Assembly (NCBI GenBank): GCA_012797605.1
Contig: JAAZOT010000012.1
Location: forward strand, 40,293-104,292
Direction: 5' to 3'
Length of the DNA stretch: 64,000 bases
Source: Spirochaetales bacterium
GTDB taxonomy: Bacteria; Spirochaetota; JAAYUW01
Of the stretch, positions 49,039 to 59,165 are shown one piece after another (position 1 is the first letter of the stretch; the number at the start of each line of letters is the position of its first letter). A model generated the notes under the pieces. It was not told the DNA's origin and ran no database searches. It saw only the letters and a list, made by a program, of their open reading frames with translations. The translations under genes and the position numbers were made by a program.

Positions 49039-51408
49039 TCATTTTCTAATTTCAAAACCTTCTTTTTCCATAAGACTAACTATTTTTTTAATTATTCTTT
49101 GTTCATCTTCTGAATTAAGAGTTTTTTCAAAAGAGTTGACAGTAATGTTAAAGGCAATTGATTTTTTATCTGAAGGCAAATTTCCACCTTGAAAAATATC
49201 AAAAAGTTCAACTTTTCTAATATTTTCATCTGCACTTTTAATTAAATTAATTATCTGATTAACATAAGTCTTAATGGGGACAACAAAGGCAAGATCAAAA
49301 CTAACATCTGGAAATTTTGAAATTTGAGAGAACTTTTTAGTATTACCTTTAAATTTGATGAATGTATCAAGGTAACAGCTAAAGATCGAAACTCTATTTC
49401 TTATATCAAAGAATTTTGCAACATCTGGATGAATTTCTCCAAATACTCCAATAATATTATTTTCATAGTATACTACGCCACTTTTATATGGATGTAAAAA
49501 TGATGGAATATTGGAAGTTGAAATTGTAATCTCATCAATATTAAATAAATTACATATCGATAAAATTGTATCCCTTGCATCTATTATTGAGAGATTAAAA
49601 TCTTTGTATACAAGAGCTCCAGCGATTTCAACAGGTTCAGATATCGCCCCATCTTCATCTTGAACAAATACATGTTCTACTTCATAGATTTTGAATTCGT
49701 CGAAGTATCTCAAGTTTGTTTTAACATTAGTCAGTATATTTGGAAGTAAAGTCTTGGTTAAATAGGGTTTCTCTGAATTTAGAGGATTTTTTATCTGCAC
49801 AAAAGGAGGTTTAAATCCAAATAAATTATTCATTTCAATAGTGGTAAATGGATAATTTAGTACCTCTGTGAAGTTAAGATTATTTGATAAAAATTCTTTT
49901 ACTTTTCTTTTATAGTTTGGAAGTTCAATCTGAGGAGCAATATCAAGTTTTATACTTGGAGCTTCTGGTATAATATTGTCATATCCGTAAATTCTTCCTA
50001 CTTCTTCAACTATATCTTCAGGTATTTTTATATCTTTTGTTGATCGAAATGTTGGCACTGTGATATTTAAAACACCATTTTCCAAAGTTAGATCAAATTC
50101 AAGTTTTTTTAAGATCTTAGCAATTGTCTCTTCCTCTACAATAGTTCCTAATCTTCTATTTATTAAATCAACTGGCATTATTATCTTATTTTTCTTTGGA
50201 GGTTTTTCAAATGCTATTTTTTTACCAAGAATTTTTATATCTTTATCTATTGAAGCCAAAGTGTAAGCAAATTTATTTATAGCCAAGTCAATAAAAGATG
50301 GGTCTAATGATTTTTCAAATCTATTTGATGCTTCTGTTCTAATACCTGCGGCTATTGAACTTTTTCTTATGAGTGAAGATTCAAAATTCGCTACTTCTAA
50401 AAGAATTTCATCGGTATTTTCATCTATTTCACTATTTTTAAGTCCCATAACACCCGCAAGTGCAATAGGTTCATCTTTACTATTGCAAATAAGCAAATTT
50501 TCTTTATTGCATATTCTTTCAATCTCATCTAAAGTCACAACCCTTTCATCTTCATTTGCTCTTCTTATCTTGATAGAAGGTTTTCTTATTTTATTTAAAT
50601 CAAAAGCATGACAGGGTTCACCCAAATCAAACATTATATAATTTGTTAAATCGACTAAAAGTGATATAGATCTTTGATTTACCTTGTAAAGTTTTCTCTT
50701 TAACCATAAAGGAGATTCTTTTTGAGTAATATTTTTTATATGTAATACTCCATACATTGGAGTATCTTCGAAAGATTCAACATCTATTTCAAGATCATCA
50801 TTTTCTTCTATTTCAATATTTTTAGGAAGATATTGTCTTAATGGTTTATCATATATGGCTGCTACTTCTCTAGCAATCCCATAATGTCCCCATAAATCTG
50901 GTCTATGAGAAATACTTGAATTATCTATAAAAAATATGACATCATCTAAGTTTAATGCGATGGAAACTGGTATTCCAACTTCTGTTTTATCATCAAGGAT
51001 CATTATACCGCTATGGTCATTACTAAATTTCAACTCATATGGTGAACAAAGCATTCCTTCAGATATAACACCTTTAAAATCAACAAAATCTATCTTTTTT
51101 TGATTTATAGGGATTATTGCTCCCTGTAATGCTAATGGAACTATGGCTCCTACAAATATATTTTGAGCACCTGTAACTATGTTGTATTTCTTATCTTTAG
51201 TCGCACATGTAGCTATAAGAAGTTTATCTGCATTTGGATGCTTTTTTATATCAATTATTTTAGCAGTCACAATTGAATCATATAGCTTTTTTTCTAAAAT
51301 TACTTCTTCGATCATTACGACTTTCTTAGTAAAGTTACTTGCAAATTCATAAGGATTATCGATTTTAATATCTACATATTCTTGAATCCAATTCAATGAA
51401 ATATACAT
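49039..51408 (-). CDS. pheT: Phenylalanine--tRNA ligase beta subunit
   Basis: MYISLNWIQEYV, tRNA-binding domain (HPNADKL...GAQN), B3/4 and B5 domains, and FDLGEPCHAFD. 789 aa. Directly downstream of pheS. Confidence 0.95.
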   Translation of the reverse strand: MYISLNWIQEYVDIKIDNPYEFASNFTKKVVMIEEVILEKKLYDSIVTAKIIDIKKHPNADKLLIATCATKDKKYNIVTGAQNIFVGAIVPLALQGAIIPINQKKIDFVDFKGVISEGMLCSPYELKFSNDHSGIMILDDKTEVGIPVSIALNLDDVIFFIDNSSISHRPDLWGHYGIAREVAAIYDKPLRQYLPKNIEIEENDDLEIDVESFEDTPMYGVLHIKNITQKESPLWLKRKLYKVNQRSISLLVDLTNYIMFDLGEPCHAFDLNKIRKPSIKIRRANEDERVVTLDEIERICNKENLLICNSKDEPIALAGVMGLKNSEIDENTDEILLEVANFESSLIRKSSIAAGIRTEASNRFEKSLDPSFIDLAINKFAYTLASIDKDIKILGKKIAFEKPPKKNKIIMPVDLINRRLGTIVEEETIAKILKKLEFDLTLENGVLNITVPTFRSTKDIKIPEDIVEEVGRIYGYDNIIPEAPSIKLDIAPQIELPNYKRKVKEFLSNNLNFTEVLNYPFTTIEMNNLFGFKPPFVQIKNPLNSEKPYLTKTLLPNILTNVKTNLRYFDEFKIYEVEHVFVQDEDGAISEPVEIAGALVYKDFNLSIIDARDTILSICNLFNIDEITISTSNIPSFLHPYKSGVVYYENNIIGVFGEIHPDVAKFFDIRNRVSIFSCYLDTFIKFKGNTKKFSQISKFPDVSFDLAFVVPIKTYVNQIINLIKSADENIRKVELFDIFQGGNLPSDKKSIAFNITVNSFEKTLNSEDEQRIIKKIVSLMEKEGFEIRK

Positions 51409-51488
51409 AGTTTTCCCTTAATTTTTGTTTTATATTTTTATTTTATCAAATAAAACTATTTTAATAAATTTTATAAGATTCAGAATGA

Positions 51489-52535
51489 TTAAAATTGATA
51501 GAAAAATCTTAAATCACCAGATTCAAACCATCGAATATCATCAATAGCATATTTCATCATGACTAGTCTATTTAATCCGAGGCCAAAAGCGAAGGCAGAC
51601 CATTTTTCTGGATCAATACCTCCTTCTTTCAATACTTCTGGATGACTTAAACCACAACCTACAAGCTCTACCCATCCGACATTTTTACAAACTGGGCATC
51701 CTTTACCATGACAGATAAGACACTCAAAATCAAGTTCAAAACCAGGTTCGACAAAAGGGAAATATCCTGGTCTTAGTCTTACCTTAACATCCGTTTCAAA
51801 AAGCTGCGACAACATTATTTTGGTGAAATAAGTAAGATTAGAAACCGAGATATCCTTATCGATCATTAATCCTTCAATCTGATAAAATGTGTTTTCATGA
51901 GAGGCATCAGTAGCTTCGTTTCTAAAAACTCTTCCAGGTGCTATCAATTTCAATGGAGCAGATAATTTTTGCATCATCCTAACTTCAATAGGTGATGTAT
52001 GAGTTCGCAGTAGCAAACCATTTGTCATCCAGAAGGTATCCTGAAGATCTCTTGCAGGATGATTTTCTGGAATATTAAGTGCTGTAAAGTTATAATATTC
52101 ATTTTCAAGTTGAGGACCATCGGCGATGGTAAATCCTAAAGATAAAAAAATATCTTGAATTTTATGAATAAAAGATGAAATTGGGCTTAAATGTCCAGAA
52201 AATAAAGGTCTTGTCTTAAAGAACTCTGAGGGTAAAGTTACATCTATCCATTCATTTTGTAATATTTTTTCAAATTCTTTTTTGTCAAGCTGTTGTTCTA
52301 TATCTTCGATCTTTTCTTCAATATTCCTTTCTAAAGATTGAATTAATTGTCCAGCAATCTTTTTTTCTTCTAAAGGTAAATCTTTCAAAATTTTATAAAG
52401 TTCGGCGATCTCTCCTTTTTTACCTAAAAATTGAACTTTAACTTTATTAATCATTTCCTTAGAATCAATATCATTTACTATTAAATTAAAGGAATTTTCA
52501 ATTTGATTAATTTTTGATTTTAAATTTTCAAGCAT
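51489..52535 (-). CDS. pheS: Phenylalanine--tRNA ligase alpha subunit
   Basis: HPARDLQDTFW, LLRTHTSP, PGRVFRNE, HENTFYQIEGL, RPGYFPFVEPG and AFAFGLGLNRLVM (class II motifs 1-3). Confidence 0.96.
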   Translation of the reverse strand: MLENLKSKINQIENSFNLIVNDIDSKEMINKVKVQFLGKKGEIAELYKILKDLPLEEKKIAGQLIQSLERNIEEKIEDIEQQLDKKEFEKILQNEWIDVTLPSEFFKTRPLFSGHLSPISSFIHKIQDIFLSLGFTIADGPQLENEYYNFTALNIPENHPARDLQDTFWMTNGLLLRTHTSPIEVRMMQKLSAPLKLIAPGRVFRNEATDASHENTFYQIEGLMIDKDISVSNLTYFTKIMLSQLFETDVKVRLRPGYFPFVEPGFELDFECLICHGKGCPVCKNVGWVELVGCGLSHPEVLKEGGIDPEKWSAFAFGLGLNRLVMMKYAIDDIRWFESGDLRFFYQF

Positions 52536-52723
52536 CTTTATAAAATCCTAATAAACTATTTTTAGCAAGGTATAACAAAAAAAAATATTTGCAATTATTA
52601 AATAATAGTCAATATTTTGATTACAAAAAGAAATGTTCTATTATTTATAAGAAGAAAATAACGAAAAAATTAAAATAACCGAAATGATTTAAGTAGATAA
52701 TAAAAATGGATTAACCAAGTAAA

Positions 52724-53458
52724 ATGACGAAAAAAAATGTCAAAAATCTTTTTATAAATATTGTTCTTTTACTTATAATAGTATTAACTGCTATTATTTT
52801 ATTTTCGTATAATTTGAAATCGCAAAATTTAAAGATAAAATATTTTGAGGTATGGAATAAATATACTCTTCTTCAATTTTACAATGAAATTCCAAAAGAA
52901 AACTTAAAATCTTTTAACTTTTATTATATTGTAACCTATGATTTTAAAGGAAGAGTACTAAAGTTCGAATACCTAGTTAATGGCATCATCGAATTTAATG
53001 GGGAAGTGGCTTTTTTTGATGATAATCATGCCACAATAACCCTTAAAAAATTAGAAACACAACTAATGTCTACTCAACCTGTTTTAGTCCCTTATGCGAT
53101 GTATGAGATAGTCGTAAATGATGGATTAATCACTTCTTATATACTATATAAGGTTTCTCCAAATCTTGAAAAACCTGTAAAAATTGGTGATGCAAGATTT
53201 ACATATAAAGATGGTCAAATAATTGTTGAAAATCTTTTTAATGACAAAGTAATAATGAGAATTGAGATAAAACAAGATCTTCAAAATATTTACGAAATAG
53301 CTTTTTTTAATGACAAAAATCTGCTTACAGAGAAAAGAATTTTTGTTAATAATAGGTTATATCAAAGAATAGTTTATAAATATGATAATACTGGAAAGCT
53401 AATTCAGATCATCACATATGATGCAACTGGGCAGATTGTCTCTATCGAAAATAAATAA
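52724..53458 (+). CDS. Hypothetical membrane-anchored protein with YD/MORN-like short repeats
   Basis: N-terminal TM; repeated segments such as YDFKGRVLKFEYLVNG and YKYDNTGKLIQIITYDATGQIV. No confident family assignment. Confidence 0.45.
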   Translation: MTKKNVKNLFINIVLLLIIVLTAIILFSYNLKSQNLKIKYFEVWNKYTLLQFYNEIPKENLKSFNFYYIVTYDFKGRVLKFEYLVNGIIEFNGEVAFFDDNHATITLKKLETQLMSTQPVLVPYAMYEIVVNDGLITSYILYKVSPNLEKPVKIGDARFTYKDGQIIVENLFNDKVIMRIEIKQDLQNIYEIAFFNDKNLLTEKRIFVNNRLYQRIVYKYDNTGKLIQIITYDATGQIVSIENK

Positions 53459-53586
53459 AATAAAAAAAAAAGTAGATAAGAAAATAAAATTATAAAAAGA
53501 AAATAGAATTAGAAAGAAAAAATCAAAAATAATCAAAATATAGAAGAATAAAGAGAAACTGAGAAAAAGAATAGAAGAAAGAAAAA

Positions 53587-54813
53587 ATGATTGAAAGTTT
53601 TTTAACAAGAAGAGCAAAAAATAAAGAATCCTTTGATCAAATTACTTCTATATCATTTGAAGTAAGCCAATATAAAAACAAAAACCCAAATTCTAATATT
53701 ATTAATGGCACAATTGGAATGTTTTATGATGAAGATGAAGCCCCTTTTGTTTTTCAACCAATAAAAGATATTTACAATTCATTTTTATTGCATGATATTT
53801 CTACTTATGGATTTTTATATCCAACACAAGATTTTTCAAATGCAGTTTTCAACCTTTTAGGATTAACAGAAGAATATAAAAAAAATAGTTACTGTTTTCC
53901 ATGCGCTGGTGGATTAAACGCCATTCATCATTTTGCCCATAATTTTATTGATGAAGAAACTTCGGTTTTTGCATTAAATCCATTTTGGGGTCCATATGAG
54001 AATATTCTAGAAGAAATTGGTTATAAAATTCAACCTATAAATATAATTCCTAAATCAGATTTTTATATAGATGAAGATTTGTTTTTTGAGGCAATAAAAA
54101 AGACAGATAAAGAAAAAGTAATAATCCTAATAAATATTCCTTGTCAAAATCCAACAGGGTATACACCTAATTTAGATGAAATTAAGTATATAAAAAACTC
54201 TATTTTAAAACTTATCTCTCTTGGGAAAAAAATATTAATTTTTTTTGATCTTGTATATATTCACTATTCAAAATTAAATATAAATGATCTATTTGAAATT
54301 TTTTCAGATTTGCCTTTTTTTTATAATTTTTCTTCTTCCAAAACACTTTCTCTATATGGTTTTAGAACGGGAGCTATCTGTCTTTATTCGAAAGATTCTA
54401 CTGATAAAGAGATTTTTATTGAAAAGATGGCTTTTTCCGCAAGAGCTTCAACTGGTTCAATAAATAACATTGGCTATAAGATAATTGAAAAATTTGCGAA
54501 TCAAAATTTAGTTTCAGAGTTGAAAGATTGCTGGTATTATATCATAAACACTTTAAGTATCAGATCCAAAAAATTATTAAATATTTTTCAAATGTATGGT
54601 TTTGATAATTATAGGTATGATGAAGGATTCTTTATCTCTTTTTTCCATAATGAATTTGAAATTAAAAAATTATATGAATTATTGAAAGAAAATGGAATAT
54701 TTTTCGTTCCTCAACCTGATTCTATAAGAGTCGCAATATCATCAATACCGTTAAATAAAATTGATGAATTTGAATCTAGGATAAAGAATTTATTCAATAA
54801 AAAAAATAATTAA
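53587..54813 (+). CDS. Class I (AspC/TyrB-type) aminotransferase
   Basis: NGTIGMFYDEDEAPFVF, PCQNPTGYTP, and the PLP-lysine block FSSSKTLSLYGFRTGA (compare SYSKNFGLYNERVGA in AspC). 408 aa. Confidence 0.85.
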   Translation: MIESFLTRRAKNKESFDQITSISFEVSQYKNKNPNSNIINGTIGMFYDEDEAPFVFQPIKDIYNSFLLHDISTYGFLYPTQDFSNAVFNLLGLTEEYKKNSYCFPCAGGLNAIHHFAHNFIDEETSVFALNPFWGPYENILEEIGYKIQPINIIPKSDFYIDEDLFFEAIKKTDKEKVIILINIPCQNPTGYTPNLDEIKYIKNSILKLISLGKKILIFFDLVYIHYSKLNINDLFEIFSDLPFFYNFSSSKTLSLYGFRTGAICLYSKDSTDKEIFIEKMAFSARASTGSINNIGYKIIEKFANQNLVSELKDCWYYIINTLSIRSKKLLNIFQMYGFDNYRYDEGFFISFFHNEFEIKKLYELLKENGIFFVPQPDSIRVAISSIPLNKIDEFESRIKNLFNKKNN

Positions 54814-54889
54814 AATTACTTAAATCATTTTACATGAGTTAAAAAACTTAAAAAATTTAAACTGACTAAAAAAAATATTATTTATAATA

Positions 54890-54933
54890 AAAAAATGGCT
54901 GTCTTGATCTTTCAAGACAGCCATTTTTTTATT
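54890..54933. terminator. Bidirectional rho-independent terminator between convergent genes
   Basis: Perfect 12-bp stem atggctgtcttg (54896-54907) / caagacagccat (54914-54925) with loop atcttt. A-run upstream and TTTTTTT downstream. Lies between the aminotransferase (+) and aconitase (-) 3' ends. Confidence 0.85.
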
Positions 54934-54977
54934 AATAATTTAATTTATTAGAAATGACTAACTATTTTAGCATACTA

Positions 54978-56897
54978 CTATCTTACATAATTTAATAAAC
55001 CACCGGCTTTTAAGATATTAATAAATCTTCCAGAAGTATCTACTTTGAGCTTATATGTAATATTTTTTGTCTTGTTTACTGCTGTAACATAACCAGTATC
55101 GAGTTCTTTTTTAATATTTGGCATTTCGAGTTCATCGCCTTGTGCAATTGTATCATAATCAGATGGGTTATCGAAAACTAAAGGGATGATTCCAAAATTA
55201 ATTAAGTTAGCCTTATGAATTCTGGCAAATTTTTTAGCGATAACTGCCTTGATTCCCAGATACATTGGAGCTAAAGCAGCATGTTCTCTTGAAGATCCTT
55301 GTCCATAGTTATCTCCACCAACAATAAAACCAATACCTTCTTCTTTTGCTCTTTTATAAAATTCTGGATCGACCCTTTCAAAAACATATTTGGAGATTTC
55401 TGGTACATTTGATCTTAATGGTAAAATCTTAGCACCAGCTGGCATGATATCATCTGTTGTAATATTATCTCCTGTTTTAAGTAGAACTTTTGCTTTCAAT
55501 GATTCAGGTAAAGCAGTATTTGAAGGACATGGTTTGATATTTGGTCCTCGAACTATTTCAATATTTTTCCTTTCCTCATCTGAAAGAGGTTTAATTATCA
55601 AATTTTCTGTAACTGTATATTTTTCTGGAAGATTGTAAAATTTCACATCTTTTGCTTTTCTTGGATCTGAAATTTTCCCCATAATAGCTGAATATGCTGC
55701 GACTTCTGGGGAAACAAGATAAACTTCGGCATCCTCTGTTCCAGATCTTCCTTTGAAATTTCTGTTGAATGTTCTTAATGTTCTACCTTTAGAATTTGGG
55801 GCGAAACCCATACCTATACATGGACCACAAGCCGATTCTAATAGTCTAAATCCAGCGTTTGATATTTTTTCTAAAGCTCCAAGTTTTATTGCGTCAAGAA
55901 TGACATTTTTAGAACCAGGTGCCAATGCTGCTTCAACATTTTCAGCAACGGTCTTTCCATCGACAATAGAAGCGACCGCTAAAATATCTTTTAATGATGA
56001 GTTAGTACATGAGCCAATTGCAACTTGATCTATTGGTAAACCTTCGATTTCACTAATCTTAACAACCTGATCTGGCATGTGAGGTTTTGCCACCATTGGT
56101 TCAAGAGTTGACAAATCAATCTCTATCTCTTCATCATAAGTAGCATCGCTGTCTGCATCCATTTGTACAAAATCATTTTCTCTTCCTTGAGCTATTAAAA
56201 ACTGTTTTGTGATTTCATCAGATGGGAAGATAGAACATGTAGCTCCAAGTTCTGCCCCCATGTTGGTTATGGTAGCTCTTTCAGGAACTGTCAATGTTTT
56301 TACACCATCACCAGTAAATTCAAAAATTTTATTTACTCCACCTTTAACTGTTAATCTTCTTAAAAGTTCAAGAATTATGTCTTTTGCACTGACAAATGGT
56401 TGAAGTTTTCCAGTAAGTATAACTTTAACAATTGAAGGCATTTCAAGATAAAATGCACCACCAGCCATTGCTACTGCAACATCAAGGCCACCTGCACCAA
56501 TCGCAATCATTCCCATACCACCTGCGGTTGGAGTATGAGAATCCGAACCTAAAAGTGTTTTCCCTGGTTTTGCAAATCTTTCAAGATGTACTTGATGGCA
56601 GATACCATTGCCTGGTCTTGAAAAATGAATACCATATTTTTTAGCTACAGACATTAAATATTGATGGTCATCCGCATTCATAAAATCAGTCTGTAATGTA
56701 TTATGATCAATATAGGAAACAGATAATTCTGTTCTAATTTTATCGATACCTATGGATTCAAACTGAAGATATGCCATAGTGCCTGTAGCATCCTGAGTCA
56801 ATGTTTGATCGATTTTTATGGCAATTTCTTTCCCTTTAATAAGTTCTCCTTCAACAAGATGAGCTTTTAATATCTTTCTTGCTAAAGATTCGCCCAT
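54978..56897 (-). CDS. Aconitate hydratase (about 640-aa aconitase-family enzyme with fused swivel domain)
   Basis: DQTLTQDATG, GICHQVHLE, GSDSHT, IGSCTNSS, ACGPCIGMG, and C-terminal swivel GDNYGQGSSREHAA. I cannot exclude homoaconitase or IPM-isomerase specificity. Confidence 0.88.
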   Translation of the reverse strand: MGESLARKILKAHLVEGELIKGKEIAIKIDQTLTQDATGTMAYLQFESIGIDKIRTELSVSYIDHNTLQTDFMNADDHQYLMSVAKKYGIHFSRPGNGICHQVHLERFAKPGKTLLGSDSHTPTAGGMGMIAIGAGGLDVAVAMAGGAFYLEMPSIVKVILTGKLQPFVSAKDIILELLRRLTVKGGVNKIFEFTGDGVKTLTVPERATITNMGAELGATCSIFPSDEITKQFLIAQGRENDFVQMDADSDATYDEEIEIDLSTLEPMVAKPHMPDQVVKISEIEGLPIDQVAIGSCTNSSLKDILAVASIVDGKTVAENVEAALAPGSKNVILDAIKLGALEKISNAGFRLLESACGPCIGMGFAPNSKGRTLRTFNRNFKGRSGTEDAEVYLVSPEVAAYSAIMGKISDPRKAKDVKFYNLPEKYTVTENLIIKPLSDEERKNIEIVRGPNIKPCPSNTALPESLKAKVLLKTGDNITTDDIMPAGAKILPLRSNVPEISKYVFERVDPEFYKRAKEEGIGFIVGGDNYGQGSSREHAALAPMYLGIKAVIAKKFARIHKANLINFGIIPLVFDNPSDYDTIAQGDELEMPNIKKELDTGYVTAVNKTKNITYKLKVDTSGRFINILKAGGLLNYVR

Positions 56898-57020
56898 TTT
56901 TCCCCCTAATATTCATCGATATTTTATAAATTCATAAATAAGTAATTTGTCAACTTTGTAATACTATTGAAATTTAAAATATTAAATATATAATTTTCAT
57001 GGTTTTGAGGAAAAGTAGTT

Positions 57021-57341
57021 ATGGAATTAAAAATTACTTCTATGGAAGCCAAGTTGATTAAAAAATGGTTTGAGCAGGAAACTGTGGGACATTTTGGTGA
57101 TGGAGATTTTACTATAGGTGAGGAGCAATCTATACTTGATAAAATCAAAATAGACCCACAATCAGATATAGATTATGTTGTATGTAATTTTAATCTTACC
57201 GAACTTGAAATCTTAAATATATGGTCAGCAAGAGCTTTTGGAATTTATGAAGAAAAGGCATTAAAAGATAAGATAAAACTTGCACTGGAAGAGGAGAAAA
57301 ATCAATTTTTAGCAAGATTAAAGGCAAGGAATCAACTTTAG
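57021..57341 (+). CDS. Hypothetical small cytoplasmic protein
   Basis: 106-aa ORF with GAGGAAAAG upstream of the ATG. Acidic, helical C-terminus. No recognisable family. Confidence 0.4.
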   Translation: MELKITSMEAKLIKKWFEQETVGHFGDGDFTIGEEQSILDKIKIDPQSDIDYVVCNFNLTELEILNIWSARAFGIYEEKALKDKIKLALEEEKNQFLARLKARNQL

Positions 57342-57426
57342 CTATTAGGTAAAATCAAATAAAATCAAAAAAAATAACCAAGATTAGAATTCCTATTTTT
57401 AAAAATTTAATTTCAAAGAAAAATAT

Positions 57427-58302
57427 CTACTGAATAACATTTGCAGAATTTTTAGGAATATTCAAAAAAGTAGGTTGATTTGTTATAATAGTTTGAATAG
57501 TTGGTGCAATTTTTTCGATATAAAGATAATTTATTACTTGTGGATATTGAGAAATTACCTGACCAACTATTGTCAGAGCTTGAGCATTTGCTGAGGCTGT
57601 TATTATTGTTGCCTTTTTTTGTGCTTCTGTGGCAATTAATAAAGCCTCAGCTTTCTGTTCTTCTATTTGCTTTTTTTCTATAGCTTCAACAAAATTATCT
57701 GAAAAAGATATTTTTCTCAATAATACAGAATCAATTAAAATATAATATTCTTTTAGTGAACTTTTTAACCTTTCTAGCATTTTATTTTGTATATTTATTC
57801 TTCCTGCTTCTGAATTATCTTGGGAAGAATAAATAGATATCGCGCTATACATCGCAAGAACATTTCTCACTTCGGTTCTTAAATATGGAATTATTATTTT
57901 TTCTAGATAATTTGGACCAATATCATTATGTAATTTCCATAGATTTGTTTCATCTATTTTGTATAAAATTGAAATATCTACTTTGACCTTTTGTCCATCT
58001 TTGGTAAGAGCCTCAATAGATTTTTCTTGATTAATCGTCTTTTCTACTTCATCCCCTTCTGCTGTATAAGATTGGATTTGAGTTTTATATATATACGCTT
58101 TTTCTAAAAATGGGATTAAAAAATTCATTCCGGTTTTAAGTATCCTTTTTTCTACTCCGATGATTCTATTGAATACTACTCCTGCTTCACCTGCTTGTAA
58201 AATTAATATTGGTTTTAAAAAATAAAAAAACGCAATAACTGCTATTAAAATAAAAACAAATATAATAATTAGTTTGTATTTTGTCTTCATTAATACCTCC
58301 AA
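57427..58302 (-). CDS. SPFH/Band-7 (prohibitin/HflC-like) membrane protein
   Basis: N-terminal TM, GEAGVVFNRIIGVEKRILKTGMNFLIPFLEKAYIY, VKVDISILYKI, and a C-terminal AEA-rich coiled region (IEEQKAEALLIATEAQKKA). Confidence 0.85.
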   Translation of the reverse strand: MEVLMKTKYKLIIIFVFILIAVIAFFYFLKPILILQAGEAGVVFNRIIGVEKRILKTGMNFLIPFLEKAYIYKTQIQSYTAEGDEVEKTINQEKSIEALTKDGQKVKVDISILYKIDETNLWKLHNDIGPNYLEKIIIPYLRTEVRNVLAMYSAISIYSSQDNSEAGRINIQNKMLERLKSSLKEYYILIDSVLLRKISFSDNFVEAIEKKQIEEQKAEALLIATEAQKKATIITASANAQALTIVGQVISQYPQVINYLYIEKIAPTIQTIITNQPTFLNIPKNSANVIQ

Positions 58303-58422
58303 ACCGAGCCTTTTCAGTTCTTTTTACTCCATTTAATTTATTTTCGTATTTTATGGACTTAAAAATGACATTAATTTAATTATTGGACTTTAATCCGAAA
58401 AATAGAAAAAGGAATATTTTTA

Positions 58423-59163
58423 ATGAAAATCTTAAATATAAATCAAAAAATCTATTTAATTTGCTTATTTTCTCTAATTTTTCTATTTGTTATTTTTAAC
58501 TCAAATATTTTTGGTTTAGAGAAACTATGGATAAAAGATTTCTATGATCCATATAATCCAAAGACAGAAGCATCGATTTTATCTAGAATAAAAAATGGCT
58601 GGTATCCAGCAGGATTTAATTTTGATGGCCTTGATTTTTCTATGATTTGGATAAATAAAAGCATTGCAAATAAACTTGAAATACCAATAAGATTTAATAT
58701 TAAAGATTTTATGATAGTAACTATCCCTGATTCAGAGGAAGGTTTAAATAAAATACTTCCTCAAAAATTACAAGGGAGATTTTTTCCAATATCTATTTCA
58801 TATTATGCAGGTGATTTTTTTATTTTTGCCATTGAACCATTAGAAAAATATAAATTGGAATCTTATGTCATTTCACATTTTCATAAAAGTGAAGAAAACA
58901 AGATAGCTGTTAATATAAATGAATTGATAAAAAAAGGCTACTTCCCTTTAGGTTTTTCATTTTATTTAGATTACTATATATTTTTATCTATTAGGATCAA
59001 AGATATCAAACCTTCTGGTAATTTTTATTGGGGTATAGATTGGGTAGCAAACGAAAAGACAAATATAGATAAATATTATAATTCGCTTTTTAATAACTTT
59101 TTTTATCCATCAGATTTTTCAGAAGACACAGAAAGGATGGGAGTACTAGTCTTACATAAATAA
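58423..59163 (+). CDS. Hypothetical secreted/membrane-anchored protein
   Basis: Signal/anchor sequence (IYLICLFSLIFLFVIF). Two internally similar segments (GWYPAGFNFDG... / GYFPLGFSFY...). No recognised family. Confidence 0.45.
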   Translation: MKILNINQKIYLICLFSLIFLFVIFNSNIFGLEKLWIKDFYDPYNPKTEASILSRIKNGWYPAGFNFDGLDFSMIWINKSIANKLEIPIRFNIKDFMIVTIPDSEEGLNKILPQKLQGRFFPISISYYAGDFFIFAIEPLEKYKLESYVISHFHKSEENKIAVNINELIKKGYFPLGFSFYLDYYIFLSIRIKDIKPSGNFYWGIDWVANEKTNIDKYYNSLFNNFFYPSDFSEDTERMGVLVLHK

Positions 59164-59165
59164 TT

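Noticed and set aside
53399-53617. A 72-aa F/L/I-rich minus-strand ORF that looks like a small membrane protein.
   Set aside because: It is simply the complement of the A-rich tract upstream of the aminotransferase (poly-A gives poly-Phe/Leu codons). It has no RBS, and it overlaps the ends of both flanking genes.
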